From Archangium sp. (GTDB taxonomy: Bacteria > Myxococcota > Myxococcia > Myxococcales > Myxococcaceae): a DNA stretch of 15,947 nucleotides. Location of the stretch: positions 1 to 15,947 of the forward strand of contig JANLPS010000467.1 in the NCBI GenBank assembly GCA_031367385.1. The letters run 5' to 3'. Below, piece by piece: positions 14,765 through 15,947 of this stretch; positions within the stretch are counted from its first letter, which is position 1, and each line of letters starts with the position of its first letter. The notes beneath the pieces were generated by a model. The model made no database searches. It was given only the letters and a program-made list of their open reading frames with translations, and was not told the DNA's origin. The position numbers and the translations under genes are program-made.

Positions 14765-15946
14765 TTACTGGCAGCGACCGGGCTCGAAATAGCCGGCGCG
14801 GGGTTCACGAACCCACGTCGAAACGGCCAACGACCACAACCCGATGTCTGCATTCGACCCGACCGCGCACGCGTGCCCGTTGTACGGGTTGCAGAGCCCG
14901 GCCCGGTGCGCCTGGGTGTGGGCGTAGTTGGTCGCGTAGATCTCCGAGCAGCTCCCGGCGTCTTTCTGGCCCGCGTCGGTTGGCCCGGCGTCTTTGGGGC
15001 CGGCATCAGGCACACCTGAATCGGTCGGCCCGGCATCTTTGGGGCCCGCATCAGGCACGCCCGAGTCGGTCGGGCCCGCGTCTTTGGTGCCCGCGTCGGT
15101 CCCCGCGTCTTTCGTGCCGGCGTCGGTGCCGGCGTCTTTGGTGCCCGCGTCGGTGCCGGCATCTTTGACGCCGCCATCGCTGCCGCCGCCGGTCAGACCG
15201 AAGAACTTCGCCGCGTACCCCGACGAGCAGAGCTTCACGTCGAGCAGATACGAGCCCGCCTGGCCGCACCCATTCGAGGGGTCGACCGCACTGCCGTGGT
15301 TCATGCCCGCCACCTTCCACTGCTCGACCAGCACGGTGCCATTCGAGTCGGCATACCGCTTCACCGTGGCCGCGCCGATGCTCTCGGTCGAGGTGGGCGA
15401 ATCGCTCAGGCCGTGAACATTCGTCCACTGCGTGACGCTCTCATCGGCGTTGACCGGCGCGACGATCGAGTCGCTGGCGCCATGCCAGATGGCGATGCGG
15501 GGCCACTTGCTGGTCCCGGAGGCTCCGGCGTTGCGAACCAAGTCACCCCACGCGGCGGCCGACTTGCTCTGCGCAGCGCTCATGCAGTTGAGGCCGCAGT
15601 TGTACGGAATACAGGCCATCACCGCGCCTGCCGAGAACACGTCGGGGTAGGCCGCGAGCGCCGCTTCAGCCATCGCTCCACCAGCCGACAGGCCGGTCAC
15701 GAACGCCTTGCTGACCGGGTACTTCGACTTCACGTAGTCGACCATCTGCTTCACTGAGAGCACCTGGCCGCCGTCTCGCCGAATGTCGCCGGCATTGAAC
15801 CACCCGAAGCACGACGCGCTCGCGGTAGTCTGCGGGTAGACGACGATGAAGCCGAGCTGGTCGGCGAGGGTGTTCCAGCCGGCTCCGACGTAGCTGTTGG
15901 CACTCATCGCGCAGCCGTGCATCGCGACCACCACCGCCACGTCGCC
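14765..15946 (-). CDS. phaZ: Extracellular short-chain-length PHB depolymerase family esterase (N-terminus beyond window edge)
   Basis: Oxyanion motif VVAMHGC, FIVVYPQ, CFGWF, lipase box VTGLSAGG, WHGASDSIV (Asp), GMNHG (His); DAG repeat linker; C-terminal PHB-binding-like domain C.E..ATNYAH..A.RA...AVGSN..IGL.......E...GYF..G.C. The frame stays open to the window end. Confidence 0.85.
   Translation of the reverse strand, partial: GDVAVVVAMHGCAMSANSYVGAGWNTLADQLGFIVVYPQTTASASCFGWFNAGDIRRDGGQVLSVKQMVDYVKSKYPVSKAFVTGLSAGGAMAEAALAAYPDVFSAGAVMACIPYNCGLNCMSAAQSKSAAAWGDLVRNAGASGTSKWPRIAIWHGASDSIVAPVNADESVTQWTNVHGLSDSPTSTESIGAATVKRYADSNGTVLVEQWKVAGMNHGSAVDPSNGCGQAGSYLLDVKLCSSGYAAKFFGLTGGGSDGGVKDAGTDAGTKDAGTDAGTKDAGTDAGTKDAGPTDSGVPDAGPKDAGPTDSGVPDAGPKDAGPTDAGQKDAGSCSEIYATNYAHTQAHRAGLCNPYNGHACAVGSNADIGLWSLAVSTWVREPRAGYFEPGRCQ
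14951..15166 (-). repeat. Intragenic tandem repeats encoding the DAG linker
   Basis: Three 27-bp units (KDAGTDAGT; 15086-15166), two 45-bp units (KDAGPTDSGVPDAGP; 14996-15085), then degenerate KDAGPTDAGQ and KDAGS (14951-14995). Confidence 0.9.
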
Positions 15947-15947
15947 C

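Noticed and set aside
14951..15166. CRISPR-like or non-coding repeat array
   Set aside because: Unit lengths are multiples of three, there are no unique spacers, and variation falls at synonymous positions, so this is a coding linker.
14569..15177. 202-aa minus-strand and 166-aa plus-strand repeat-rich ORFs
   Set aside because: They are alternative frames over the depolymerase DAG linker.
15610..15612. Cys (TGT) at the usually Gly position of the AG.PY motif in the depolymerase
   Set aside because: It is a single-base difference from GGT that could be natural variation or a sequencing error, and the catalytic triad is intact.

Overview
GC-rich, gene-dense bacterial window. The gene repertoire (ECF/FecR-TPR cassette, RCC1 lipoprotein, DAG-repeat linkers) suggests a myxobacterium, which is an inference. 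From left to right: the 3' end of an unknown gene; a minus-strand djlA-like / adenosine deaminase / pyrD block; folD; an AT-rich promoter region driving a three-gene operon; metF divergent from gcvT-gcvH (no gcvP adjacent); a minus-strand ECF sigma / FecR-TPR / probable outer-membrane beta-barrel / RCC1 lipoprotein cassette; and a truncated extracellular PHB depolymerase with a DAG-repeat linker. The operon is the most striking element. It encodes a SulP/SLC26 transporter fused directly to a CcmM/Cam-like gamma-carbonic anhydrase (no STAS, no beta-CA), followed by two SPFH (HflK/HflC-like) proteins, and it sits inside a folate one-carbon cluster. It is a candidate scaffolded bicarbonate/CO2 transport system. 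No rRNA, tRNA, CRISPR array or mobile element was seen.
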